64,000 nt of DNA, taken from NCBI GenBank assembly GCA_964534625.1, contig CAZHRF010000002.1:85711-149710 (forward strand), written 5' to 3'. This DNA is from an uncultured archaeon. GTDB lineage: Archaea > Asgardarchaeota > Heimdallarchaeia > Heimdallarchaeales > Heimdallarchaeaceae. Shown here piece by piece: positions 1-8,805 of this stretch (within the stretch, counting starts at the first letter, position 1; every line of letters begins with the position of its first letter). A program made the position numbers and the translations under genes. The notes under the pieces were generated by a model, which ran no database searches, was not told the DNA's origin, and worked only from the letters and a program-made list of their open reading frames with translations.

Positions 1-628
1 CAGGTGCAATGATTTCCCCTTTTCCTTGACATTGGCTACACGTTCGTTGAGAAATAAAACGACTGAAACCATATTGTTGGGTGACGCTTTCTACTCCTGA
101 ACCGCGACAATTTGGACATGTTTTGGGATTTTTACCTGATTTAGTACGAGATCCATTACATACAGGACATTCTTTTTTTATGGGGACATCAATGATTTTA
201 GATGTCCCATAAATGGCTTCTTCAAAACTTATTTCGTAATCCATAATCAAGTCAGAACCTTTTTCAGGTCCTGTTGGACTCCTTCTCCTTCCTCCACCTC
301 CAAAGAATGAACTAAACAAATCATCACCACCAAATATCTGTGAGATAAGATCTGACATTGTACCAAAATCTGTTGGGTCAACTCTTGCAAAGTCGGAATC
401 AACACCTGCAAAACCATAACGGTCATAAGCTGCGCGTTTTTCACTATTTGAAAGTACTTCATATGCTTCGGTGGCTTCTTTAAACTTTTCAGCAGCATCT
501 TTATCTTGGGTATTTCGATCTGGATGATATTTCATCGCTAGCTTACGATATGCTTTTCGAATTTCACTTTCAGACGCATCTTTTGAAACACCTAAAACTT
601 CATAATAATCTCGCTTGTTATCTGACAT
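1..628 (-). CDS. dnaJ: Chaperone DnaJ (runs off the window start)
   Basis: Manual translation from ATG at 628: [14 protein letters not shown]...KYHPDRN (J-domain HPD), G/F-rich region, CxxCxGxG zinc repeats; lies downstream of dnaK. Confidence 0.96.
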   Translation of the reverse strand, partial: MSDNKRDYYEVLGVSKDASESEIRKAYRKLAMKYHPDRNTQDKDAAEKFKEATEAYEVLSNSEKRAAYDRYGFAGVDSDFARVDPTDFGTMSDLISQIFGGDDLFSSFFGGGGRRRSPTGPEKGSDLIMDYEISFEEAIYGTSKIIDVPIKKECPVCNGSRTKSGKNPKTCPNCRGSGVESVTQQYGFSRFISQRTCSQCQGKGEIIAP

Positions 629-714
629 CTATATCATCCTTTTTGTTTTTGATAAAAAAGAGGGGATATTAAATTTATCCTTTCTTCTGTAAAGAAGAAA
701 GAAAAATGTTGTTG

Positions 715-2634
715 TTAATCTTCTTCATCTGCTGGTTCATAATCAACATCAATAACATTCTCTTCATCAAAGTCCTCGTCCTCATCAGATGTTGCACCAC
801 TTGGAGGAACACCACCTGGCGGAACACCACCTGGAGGAACACCACCTGGAGGAACACCACCTGGGGCTTGACCAGTTTGTTGATAGATCCTTTGAGAAAT
901 TTTAAACATGGCTTCAAGCAATTCATCTGTTTTCTTTTTAATTTTAGAGACGTCATCACTTTCTAGTACTTCTTGTAGTTCTTCTCGCTTCTTTTCGATA
1001 TCCGTTCTTTCTTCTTCTTGAACTTTATCTCCTAACTCCTTAAGCGTATTCTCAGATGTATATATGGCTTGTTCGGCATTGTTTTTTGTCTCAATAAGTT
1101 CTCTCCTCTTTTCATCTTCTTCTTTGTATTTCTCTGCTTCTTGTTTCATGTTTTCAATTTCATTATCATCTAAATGAGAAGATTGAATAACGATACTTTG
1201 TTCTTTATTTGTACCTAAATCTTTAGCGGATACGTTGAGAATACCATTAGCATCAATATCAAATTTTACTTCTATTTGAGGAACACCTCTTGGTGCAGGG
1301 GGTATCCCAACAAGTTGGAAACGGCCTAAAGTTATATTGTCTTCTGCCATCGTTCTTTCTCCCTGTAATACATGAATTTCTACAGCTGGTTGATTATTAG
1401 CTGCAGTTGTAAATACCTTCTTCTTTGTTACAGGAATTGTTGTGTTTCTTTCAATTAATGGTGTCATGATACCACCGAGTGTTTCTACACCCAAAGTTAA
1501 TGGGGTTACATCCAATAAGAGAATATCTTTGACATCTCCTGCTAGAACTGCAGCTTGGACTGCTGCACCTAAAGCCACAACTTCATCTGGCTGCACACCT
1601 TTTTCTGGTTCTTTACCAAATAAATCTTTAACAGTTTCTTGGATCATTGGCATACGTGTAGCTCCGCCAACTAGAATAACTTTGTCAATCTCATTTTTAG
1701 AGAGCCCAGAATCTTTTAAGGCTTGTTTTGCTGGTTCTATACACTTTTTAACTAAATCTTTTGACATATCTTCAAATTTAGCTCTGGTAACTGTTAAATC
1801 TAAATTCTTTGGTTGTTGGGTTTTGGGATCAAAAGTAATATAAGGTAAATTAATATTTGTTTGGACTTTTGACGTCAATTCTATCTTAGCTTGTTCTGCT
1901 GCATCCTTTAACCTTTGCACTGTTTTGGGGTCTCCGGATAAATCTATACCTTCTGATTTCTTGAATTCAGCAATCATCCAGTCGATAATCTTTTTATCCC
2001 AATCACTACCACCAAGCAGATTGTTACCACTTGTGGAAACGACTTTGAAAAAGCCATCATCTAATTCAAGAATACTTACATCAAAAGTTCCACCACCAAG
2101 ATCCCAAACTAATACTGTTTCTTCTTCTTGTCTATGCAAACCATATGCTAAAGCAGAAGCTGTGGGTTCATTAACAATCCTAAGTACCTCTAAACCAGCA
2201 ATCTCTCCTGCATCTTTTGTAGCTTGACGCTGAGAATCGCTAAAATAAGCTGGTACTGTAATAACTGCTTTATTAATCTGTTGTCCTAAATAATCTTCAG
2301 CATCTTTCTTAAGCTTAGAAAGGATCATAGCTGAAATTTCTTCTGGTCTGTATTCGTCATCACCAATTTTAGCCATATATTTTGTACCCATTTTTCTTTT
2401 AATTTCAATTACTGTGCGTTCTGCATTGGCTACAGCTTGTCTTTTGGCTTGAATCCCAACAACACGAGTGTCATCTTCGTTAAAGGACACCACACTAGGA
2501 GTAATTCTACCTCCTTCTGCGTTGGGTATGATTTCGGGTTTTCCTGCTTCCATATATGCAATTGCAGAATTGGTTGTACCTAAATCTATACCTACTACTA
2601 ATTCTTTTTTGGTTGTTTCTTTCTTTTGACTCAT
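715..2634 (-). CDS. dnaK: Chaperone DnaK (Hsp70)
   Basis: [23 protein letters not shown] and GVPQIEV motifs; between grpE and dnaJ. Confidence 0.99.
   Translation of the reverse strand: MSQKKETTKKELVVGIDLGTTNSAIAYMEAGKPEIIPNAEGGRITPSVVSFNEDDTRVVGIQAKRQAVANAERTVIEIKRKMGTKYMAKIGDDEYRPEEISAMILSKLKKDAEDYLGQQINKAVITVPAYFSDSQRQATKDAGEIAGLEVLRIVNEPTASALAYGLHRQEEETVLVWDLGGGTFDVSILELDDGFFKVVSTSGNNLLGGSDWDKKIIDWMIAEFKKSEGIDLSGDPKTVQRLKDAAEQAKIELTSKVQTNINLPYITFDPKTQQPKNLDLTVTRAKFEDMSKDLVKKCIEPAKQALKDSGLSKNEIDKVILVGGATRMPMIQETVKDLFGKEPEKGVQPDEVVALGAAVQAAVLAGDVKDILLLDVTPLTLGVETLGGIMTPLIERNTTIPVTKKKVFTTAANNQPAVEIHVLQGERTMAEDNITLGRFQLVGIPPAPRGVPQIEVKFDIDANGILNVSAKDLGTNKEQSIVIQSSHLDDNEIENMKQEAEKYKEEDEKRRELIETKNNAEQAIYTSENTLKELGDKVQEEERTDIEKKREELQEVLESDDVSKIKKKTDELLEAMFKISQRIYQQTGQAPGGVPPGGVPPGGVPPGGVPPSGATSDEDEDFDEENVIDVDYEPADEED
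802..864. repeat. 15-bp tandem repeat, 4 copies (tggMggaacaccacc), encoding (GGVPP)4 in the DnaK tail
   Basis: Units at 802, 817, 832 and 847 read directly. Confidence 0.95.
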
Positions 2635-2639
2635 TTTAA

Positions 2640-3398
2640 TTACACCTTCACTTTTTGATTTTGATTTTTATTTTGATTTTCTTTTTGATTATTGTTCTGT
2701 TTCGTTGATTTTTTTGCAATAATTACCTTAGCTGGGCGAATAACTTTATCATCCATTTTAAATCCTTTTGTAAATAACTCAACAATTTGATTATCCTCAT
2801 ATTCGTCATTTTCAATAACATGAATAGCTTCATGGTATCGAGGATCGAATTTGCCTTTACTAGGGGCGATAATATCGATGTTTAAACTCTCAAATGTAAA
2901 CTGCAAATTTTTGAATATCATCTTTAAACCCGCTACTATACTCTCTGGATCTGCGTTCTTATCCATAGAACCTAAAGCTCTTTCAAGATCATCATATAGG
3001 CTGAAAAATGTCTTCAATACCTGTATCTTCGTATTTCTGTTTGAGAATTCGATATCCTTAGAAACCTTTTTCTTATAATTCTCAAAATTAGCTTGAACTC
3101 TTTGTGAAGTGCCCAAATAGTCGTCTTTTTGTTCTTTGAGTTCAGTAATTTCTTTATGCATATGAATCATTTTATTGATTAAAGCATCTATACCTTGTTC
3201 ATCGTGTATTTGTCTGAATTTATCTTCTAGAATTTCTTCTTCGGATTTTTCAGGTTTTATTTGCTCTTCTGTGCTTTCATTTTCTATTTGAACTTCTATC
3301 TCATTTTCTTCGGATTTTTCAGGTTTTATTTGCTCTTCTGTGCTTTCATTTTCTATTTGAACTTCTATCTCATTTTCTTCGGATTTTTTATCGTTCAT
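2640..3398 (-). CDS. grpE: Nucleotide exchange factor GrpE
   Basis: [22 protein letters not shown]...VIRPAKV motifs; first gene of grpE-dnaK-dnaJ. Confidence 0.96.
   Translation of the reverse strand: MNDKKSEENEIEVQIENESTEEQIKPEKSEENEIEVQIENESTEEQIKPEKSEEEILEDKFRQIHDEQGIDALINKMIHMHKEITELKEQKDDYLGTSQRVQANFENYKKKVSKDIEFSNRNTKIQVLKTFFSLYDDLERALGSMDKNADPESIVAGLKMIFKNLQFTFESLNIDIIAPSKGKFDPRYHEAIHVIENDEYEDNQIVELFTKGFKMDDKVIRPAKVIIAKKSTKQNNNQKENQNKNQNQKVKV
3237..3388. repeat. Perfect 69-bp tandem duplication (about 2.2 copies) in the grpE 5' region
   Basis: Copies start at 3237, 3306 and 3375; [23 protein letters not shown] occurs twice. Confidence 0.95.
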
Positions 3399-3450
3399 CG
3401 TTATTTAAACCTCGAATCTGCTTCACTCATGTGAAATCGTTAATCATTGA

Positions 3451-3458
3451 TATATAAA
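3451..3458 (-). promoter_or_regulatory. Putative TATA box of the grpE-dnaK-dnaJ operon
   Basis: TTTATATA on the minus strand about 55 bp upstream of the grpE ATG. Confidence 0.5.
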
Positions 3459-3531
3459 TCTATGTATTACGCATAATTATTGCTGTATTAAGAATAAAAA
3501 ATAGAAACAGCTGAAAATAATAGTTTGAACT

Positions 3532-3546
3532 GATAAGGTTTTTATA
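3532..3546 (+). promoter_or_regulatory. Putative BRE/TATA promoter
   Basis: gataaggTTTTTATA about 21 nt upstream of the structured element at 3567. Confidence 0.5.
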
Positions 3547-3566
3547 GACTTGGTAAAACAAAACTT

Positions 3567-3643
3567 TGACCAGAGCTCATAGACCAGTACAGAGCGATGT
3601 CATGGCTAGCAATGATGTGTTGGAGCTCTCTGGTCACTTAATA
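3567..3643 (+). ncRNA. Candidate K-turn hairpin RNA (H/ACA-like sRNA or structured 5' leader)
   Basis: Perfect 9-bp basal stem TGACCAGAG/CTCTGGTCA, internal loop, 8-bp stem CCAGTACA/TGTGTTGG, tandem GA/GA with 3-nt AAT bulge and GC/GC closing stem. Confidence 0.5.
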
Positions 3644-3658
3644 ACGAGAGGTTATAAT

Positions 3659-4267
3659 ATGAAAGTTATAGTATTGACAGGATTACCACTATCAGGTAAA
3701 ACCACCTATGCCAAAAAAATAGGTCCTAAATATGATATGCCCTTATACGAAACGGGAACTGAAGTTCTAGAAGAAGTTACAAGTAGAGGATTAGACTTTA
3801 CTCCAGAAAATATTAAACGTGTAACTGATGACTGTAAAACTAAGAGTGATAGTTATTTTACAGAAAGATTAGTGAAGAAAGTTGATAAATTGGGTAAGGA
3901 TATACCAGGTGTATTTATCTCGGGTATTCGTGCTGTTTCTGAAATAGAATTTTTAAAGAACCATTTTGGATTTGATAATGTTAAAATAATTGCTTTTCAT
4001 GCATCAATGTCTACGCGTTTTTCGAGACTTTCTAACGTTGATAGGATGGAATCAACTGAAGGTGCCAAAGGAAAAGAAGATGAATTACTTAGAGATTTTG
4101 ATAATTTCTCTGCAAGAAATAAAAAAGAATTAGGATATGGTGTTGGTGATGTTATTGCAATGTCTGACTATCTTATAAACACAGAAAGTAATCATTGGCC
4201 CTATGCATCAGTAACAAAAAATTTGCGTATATTTGAGATCTGTCTAAGAGAAATTTTAGACTTTTAA
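3659..4267 (+). CDS. P-loop nucleoside/nucleotide kinase (UPF0200 / dephospho-CoA kinase-like)
   Basis: MKVIVLTGLPLSGKTT Walker A, SGIR, ELGYGVGDVIAMSDY; GAGAGG SD-like motif before ATG 3659. Confidence 0.8.
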   Translation: MKVIVLTGLPLSGKTTYAKKIGPKYDMPLYETGTEVLEEVTSRGLDFTPENIKRVTDDCKTKSDSYFTERLVKKVDKLGKDIPGVFISGIRAVSEIEFLKNHFGFDNVKIIAFHASMSTRFSRLSNVDRMESTEGAKGKEDELLRDFDNFSARNKKELGYGVGDVIAMSDYLINTESNHWPYASVTKNLRIFEICLREILDF

Positions 4268-4480
4268 TTTTCTTTTTTTTAACCAAATTTCTATTTTCAG
4301 AAGGTAAGCATGAAAATATTTGTAATTAGTATTAGTTGTAATTAGTATGATTTTAAATATCATCTAATGTTTTTTATTAGTATATCATTTGCTTGTTTTT
4401 TTGCAAATCCTTTAAAGCATTTACTCATCTGTTCTTGTTAGATTCCATAACTTATTAAGGACCAACACTAAAAAACTCTT

Positions 4481-5416
4481 ATGGCACAGAATCCTTATGG
4501 AATTGATGGAGACGAAACGGATTTAAGACGAATTAAACTACAAATGCAAGCGTTAAATACGCAGTTACAACAATTACAACACAGAATATCATCACAATCT
4601 AGTAAAATAGAAGAATTAAATGAGCAGATAGAAGAATTACAGCAAATAATCCAGAAAAAGGATGAAACCATCAAGGAATATAAAAATGCCTTAAGGGAAC
4701 AAGAAAACGTTTATGCATCTGCTCAAAAAAGATTCGAACAAGAAAAGGAAGGGTTCTTTAAAAAACTAAAAGATAAAGATCAAACTATTAATGATCTTGA
4801 AATTAGACAGGATGCACAATTACGAGAATTTGATCAAAAACGTATGAAAAAGTTAGAGGTCAATGATTATATTGATACTTTAATTGCTTATTACAAAAAA
4901 CCTACAAGTGAAGAGTTTTTGGATTCATTAATTGCCCTTGTTAAGTATTGTTCGGATGAGGGCACACCCGAACAGAAAGTTCTAGGTAAAATAATTCAAA
5001 CTAATCTTCCTGTTAAAAGTGATTATATATTAGAACAAGTAGCAATGGATGAAGGTAGAGTCAACCATATCCTTGAAACACTTAAAGAAAGAAATTTGAT
5101 TAAGAAAGCGGGCCAAGGGTATCTTCCATTAACTTCAGACTTTGCAGATGTAACAACTGTTTCAGAAGAGTGGGCGGATTTTTCAGAAATAGAAGCTATA
5201 AAAAATCTCAAATCTCTAATTATGGTTGGTACGGAACATGAAACACTTTCTGAAGCTTTTGTAAGAGTTAGGGATTTACTGATGGAGAAAGGATTGCTTG
5301 CTCCTATGGATCTCCATCGTTTCAGTACAATAATAAACAATCTAAAAAGACGATCAATGGATCCAAATGAACTAATTGAAGTAGTTGAACAAATCGAATC
5401 AAAAATTAATAGCTGA
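4481..5416 (+). CDS. Coiled-coil protein with winged-helix-like domain
   Basis: N-terminal ~110 aa Q/E/K heptads; ...GRVNHILETLKERNLIKKAGQGY resembles wHTH recognition helix and wing. Confidence 0.6.
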   Translation: MAQNPYGIDGDETDLRRIKLQMQALNTQLQQLQHRISSQSSKIEELNEQIEELQQIIQKKDETIKEYKNALREQENVYASAQKRFEQEKEGFFKKLKDKDQTINDLEIRQDAQLREFDQKRMKKLEVNDYIDTLIAYYKKPTSEEFLDSLIALVKYCSDEGTPEQKVLGKIIQTNLPVKSDYILEQVAMDEGRVNHILETLKERNLIKKAGQGYLPLTSDFADVTTVSEEWADFSEIEAIKNLKSLIMVGTEHETLSEAFVRVRDLLMEKGLLAPMDLHRFSTIINNLKRRSMDPNELIEVVEQIESKINS

Positions 5417-7187
5417 CATTTAGACCGAATAATCCCCTAAATCCTAATGCTATTGGTTCATAATCAGCTTTAATTATATAATCTACATCTTCATGTTTAA
5501 GTGAATGTTTAGAGGCTGAGGCTGAGTCAAATTTTATTTGTCCTTTAATGATTTTTAGTTGTTTCCCGATTTCTATATCATGAATAGAAACATCTTGATT
5601 TAGGAAAAGTGCAATCTTATCACAGTAAATTGGATTGGTAAGATAGATAACAATCTCTCTTTTTTTGTTACTCACAATTTTTTCACTATCATAAATATAA
5701 AACCAATCATTGAACATTTCGCTTAAGTTATTGATATTTTGATATGTGTTGTATTCTACCACTTGTTCTTTTCCTTTCTTTTTCGAGCACGGAATATTGC
5801 TGAATTCTTTTTCTTTGAGAAATAAAAAGGCTGTTTCTACTTGTGGAGGAATCCTTTCTTGTTTGTGATATGAAAGTACAATTGATAATTCTATAATATC
5901 CATGATAAGTCTTGATGCATCCATGTAAATAGCCATATACAGGGCTTGTCTAAGAAGCAAACTTGAAGCTTTTATTTGACCTGTTTGAAGGAATATGTAT
6001 CCTAATTGAGTAAGGAGTGAAATATCTTCTATATCATTAATAGCTGCTTTTTCATCAATTAAGCCTGATTCTATTACAGTAGATGCAACAATTATGATTC
6101 GGGTAAGCTTGGAAATATCTGGTCTTTTTTGTTGTTCACAGAGAAAAAGAAATTTTTCTGTATAGTAGCTTTGCAATCTTTCATGATTATTAGTGATAAG
6201 TAAAAAAATCATGCGTATAAATTGAAGATCCATGAAAATATCTGTAGAGACGTTAGGTTCTAGAAGCATTATTTCTGTTAAAGTGTTCAAGTTTTTCTCT
6301 AGATCTTTGAGTTGCAGTTGCATAAAGTTGATAATGCAAAGAAGATAAAGAATTCTCGATTTTAACCTCGTTGCTAATTTTTGAATGAATGAATCTTTTT
6401 CTCGTAGAGAGATTCGAATCTGCAAAGAAAGATCAGTAAGTGTTGCATATATCTCATTGAATTCATAGTTTAAGCCTACTATATTTTCGTTTTGTATTTC
6501 TTTCAAGTAATCCGGAAATTCAAATTCGATTTCATTCATAAATTCTATTAGTTTATTTTCTTCTTCTGAAAGATAAACTTCATCTCTCTGTTCTAATTCA
6601 TATGATGAACTTTTATTCTCATGAAGTACATCTATTGCATATTCTTGTATCTTTTTAATTCGAGTGACTGGATCAAATCTATCTTGACTATTAACAGAAT
6701 GGCGAATTTCATCTGATAAAATATTATCGTATATTTTGTCTAAAAAAATCAAATCTTGATTATTAACTCTCTCTTTAAGATATACAATAAATGAAGATCC
6801 AATCATGGCATTAATATTAAGTTTTTCACAGGTTTGAATTAAATCTAAATCACTACTGACAATTGTACCATTATTATTCATGGCTAAGGTAATATTAGAG
6901 AGGTCATTAAATTGTGGAAGTTTATCATTTTGCGTTTTCTCTAATTTTTTCTTCAGAAGACGAATATTTCGATTATCGGTGTCTATAATTTGAACTTCAG
7001 GTTGTATACGTCTCCTTAGGTACCACCGTAGTTCTTCAATAATATTGCTGGACATAACCAGTTGCATACCCATTCTTTGTATTAATGTGGAAAATTGGCT
7101 AAAAGAAGCAGGGTCTTTTTCGAAAGCACTAATCACAAAATTAGAATCAATAATAAAAATTGATTGTTGTGCACTAGACCGCATCAA
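5406..7187 (-). CDS. PIN-domain protein with long helical C-terminal region
   Basis: IFIIDSNFVI, EELR, NDLSNI and IVSSDLDL fit PIN acidic motifs in the first ~130 aa. Confidence 0.7.
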   Translation of the reverse strand: MMRSSAQQSIFIIDSNFVISAFEKDPASFSQFSTLIQRMGMQLVMSSNIIEELRWYLRRRIQPEVQIIDTDNRNIRLLKKKLEKTQNDKLPQFNDLSNITLAMNNNGTIVSSDLDLIQTCEKLNINAMIGSSFIVYLKERVNNQDLIFLDKIYDNILSDEIRHSVNSQDRFDPVTRIKKIQEYAIDVLHENKSSSYELEQRDEVYLSEEENKLIEFMNEIEFEFPDYLKEIQNENIVGLNYEFNEIYATLTDLSLQIRISLREKDSFIQKLATRLKSRILYLLCIINFMQLQLKDLEKNLNTLTEIMLLEPNVSTDIFMDLQFIRMIFLLITNNHERLQSYYTEKFLFLCEQQKRPDISKLTRIIIVASTVIESGLIDEKAAINDIEDISLLTQLGYIFLQTGQIKASSLLLRQALYMAIYMDASRLIMDIIELSIVLSYHKQERIPPQVETAFLFLKEKEFSNIPCSKKKGKEQVVEYNTYQNINNLSEMFNDWFYIYDSEKIVSNKKREIVIYLTNPIYCDKIALFLNQDVSIHDIEIGKQLKIIKGQIKFDSASASKHSLKHEDVDYIIKADYEPIALGFRGLFGLNVSY

Positions 7188-8805
7188 TTCTTCTCCTGTG
7201 TTTTTTTATTTTTTTTAATATTAGACAAATAGTTAACAATAGATAAAAGTTTAACTGAAACGAAGTTTTTTCAGTATGTTCAATTTCTTTATCAGGAGGC
7301 GATATGGTATTATTTGAAGATTCGATTATATAATCAAATATGTATTCATAATGCCACCTATATTCAAGAGGATCAAAGTAATTACTGATGTGTTGCTTTG
7401 CTGAAATAGAAAAACCAACCAGTTCACCTGTTGAGCTATAAGCTAACCAAGTACTAATATTATAAGTAAACTCTTGAACATGTGTTCTTTGGAAAACAGT
7501 TTGTGTATTGTTTTTTTGTATCCATATATTAAACTCACCTAAAAAGTAACGGATTGAATTATTCATTCGAAGTTCAAAATCAAAAGACATATCGCCGAGT
7601 GTAAAAAGGGTGTCTGTGGATGGACCAGTAAGCAAGAATTGGAATGGATCCATTTCATGTTCTAATTGTCCTAACAAACTCTGGACAAAGATAAGCATAC
7701 CATCCCACTTATCCCATGTGGGAATAATCCAAGGCAATAAGTATTGCAGCAGTGTACTGCTAATTGGTGAAGATTTCGTATATTCTTTATTTTGCAAAAA
7801 TAATTGATTATAATTAAGTTCTAATCCATTATTGTTTTTGTGTTCAAAGAGTAAACCCTGAGTATTATTTATGCTATTTATAGATTCTTTAAGGTTTTTT
7901 AAACTGTTATCCATGTTTTCATTAAAAATGATATGCTTATAATTGGCAAAACTATTTGAAATAAAGAAACTTTGGTTTTCATTAGAAATGTCTTTGTTAA
8001 TCCTATTAATCTCTTTAAATCTAAAAGCCAATACACTTTCCTTGTCTTCATATTGGAAATTAATAGAAAAGGTTTTCATGAGTCCAGTTTGCTTATCCCA
8101 TGTAACTCTAAATGAAAAGAATATTTCTGAAGCATACGTAATTGCCAATGAAAATTGCTTATGCCCGTCATTTAAAATATTAACTGACATATTATCAAGT
8201 AAGGCCAAACTTGCAAATTCTGCTTCATATCTGTTTTTATCTTTACCTAAAATGAAAGGAAGAAAGTTAAGAGATTCTAAACCTATCTCTTCCTCTAATA
8301 ACTTTCCAAAATCAGGTCGAGTAATTGTTGAAAAAAGAAATGGCAATGGTAAACTTGTTCCTTTGGGAATAGCAACAGAAATGGTTTTATTAGAAACAGC
8401 TTGATAATTCTCATGTATTAATTGTCCTAATAACGGACTTGATGTGTTTAAAATAAGCGTTAATTGACGCGTTGTTGTAAGATAATTTTCAATGGAAAAA
8501 GTAGTTACATTCTGATTAATGTATCTACCAGCATCAATAAAGTAGATCTCTCGATTCTCATAATATTTGTTTTTTAGTAACACATTAAAAGATGAACCAA
8601 TAAGGGATCCTTTAATGCCCAATCCATAGGTTGGAAACACCTGATCTATAGAATCTCCTTGAATGATTTCATAGGTGGCCTTATATCCATAATCAGTAAA
8701 TGGGTCATCCAATAAAGAAGAAGAACTAAATGATTGACTTTCAGAAGGTATAATTGTCATTAGAAGACAAATAATTATAAGCTGGGTTACTAACTTATTC
8801 TTCAT
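7174..8805 (-). CDS. Secreted, C-terminally membrane-anchored protein
   Basis: N-terminal signal peptide; C-terminal hydrophobic helix plus KKIKKHRRR; WDKQTGLM motif. Confidence 0.75.
   Translation of the reverse strand: MKNKLVTQLIIICLLMTIIPSESQSFSSSSLLDDPFTDYGYKATYEIIQGDSIDQVFPTYGLGIKGSLIGSSFNVLLKNKYYENREIYFIDAGRYINQNVTTFSIENYLTTTRQLTLILNTSSPLLGQLIHENYQAVSNKTISVAIPKGTSLPLPFLFSTITRPDFGKLLEEEIGLESLNFLPFILGKDKNRYEAEFASLALLDNMSVNILNDGHKQFSLAITYASEIFFSFRVTWDKQTGLMKTFSINFQYEDKESVLAFRFKEINRINKDISNENQSFFISNSFANYKHIIFNENMDNSLKNLKESINSINNTQGLLFEHKNNNGLELNYNQLFLQNKEYTKSSPISSTLLQYLLPWIIPTWDKWDGMLIFVQSLLGQLEHEMDPFQFLLTGPSTDTLFTLGDMSFDFELRMNNSIRYFLGEFNIWIQKNNTQTVFQRTHVQEFTYNISTWLAYSSTGELVGFSISAKQHISNYFDPLEYRWHYEYIFDYIIESSNNTISPPDKEIEHTEKTSFQLNFYLLLTICLILKKIKKHRRRIDAV

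Noticed and set aside
247-498. 83-aa minus-strand ORF
   Set aside because: Out-of-frame shadow inside dnaJ
675-966. ORFs with VVFLQ and TTWRN repeats
   Set aside because: Alternative-frame readings of the dnaK GGVPP repeat
3567-3636. SECIS interpretation of the K-turn hairpin
   Set aside because: AUGA/GA order is reversed relative to SECIS, it lies 5' of a gene, and no in-frame UGA selenoprotein is nearby
3566-3658. TTG-initiated N-terminal extension of the kinase
   Set aside because: Family-typical start MKVIVLTG with SD-like motif at 3659; the upstream part is better explained as structured RNA
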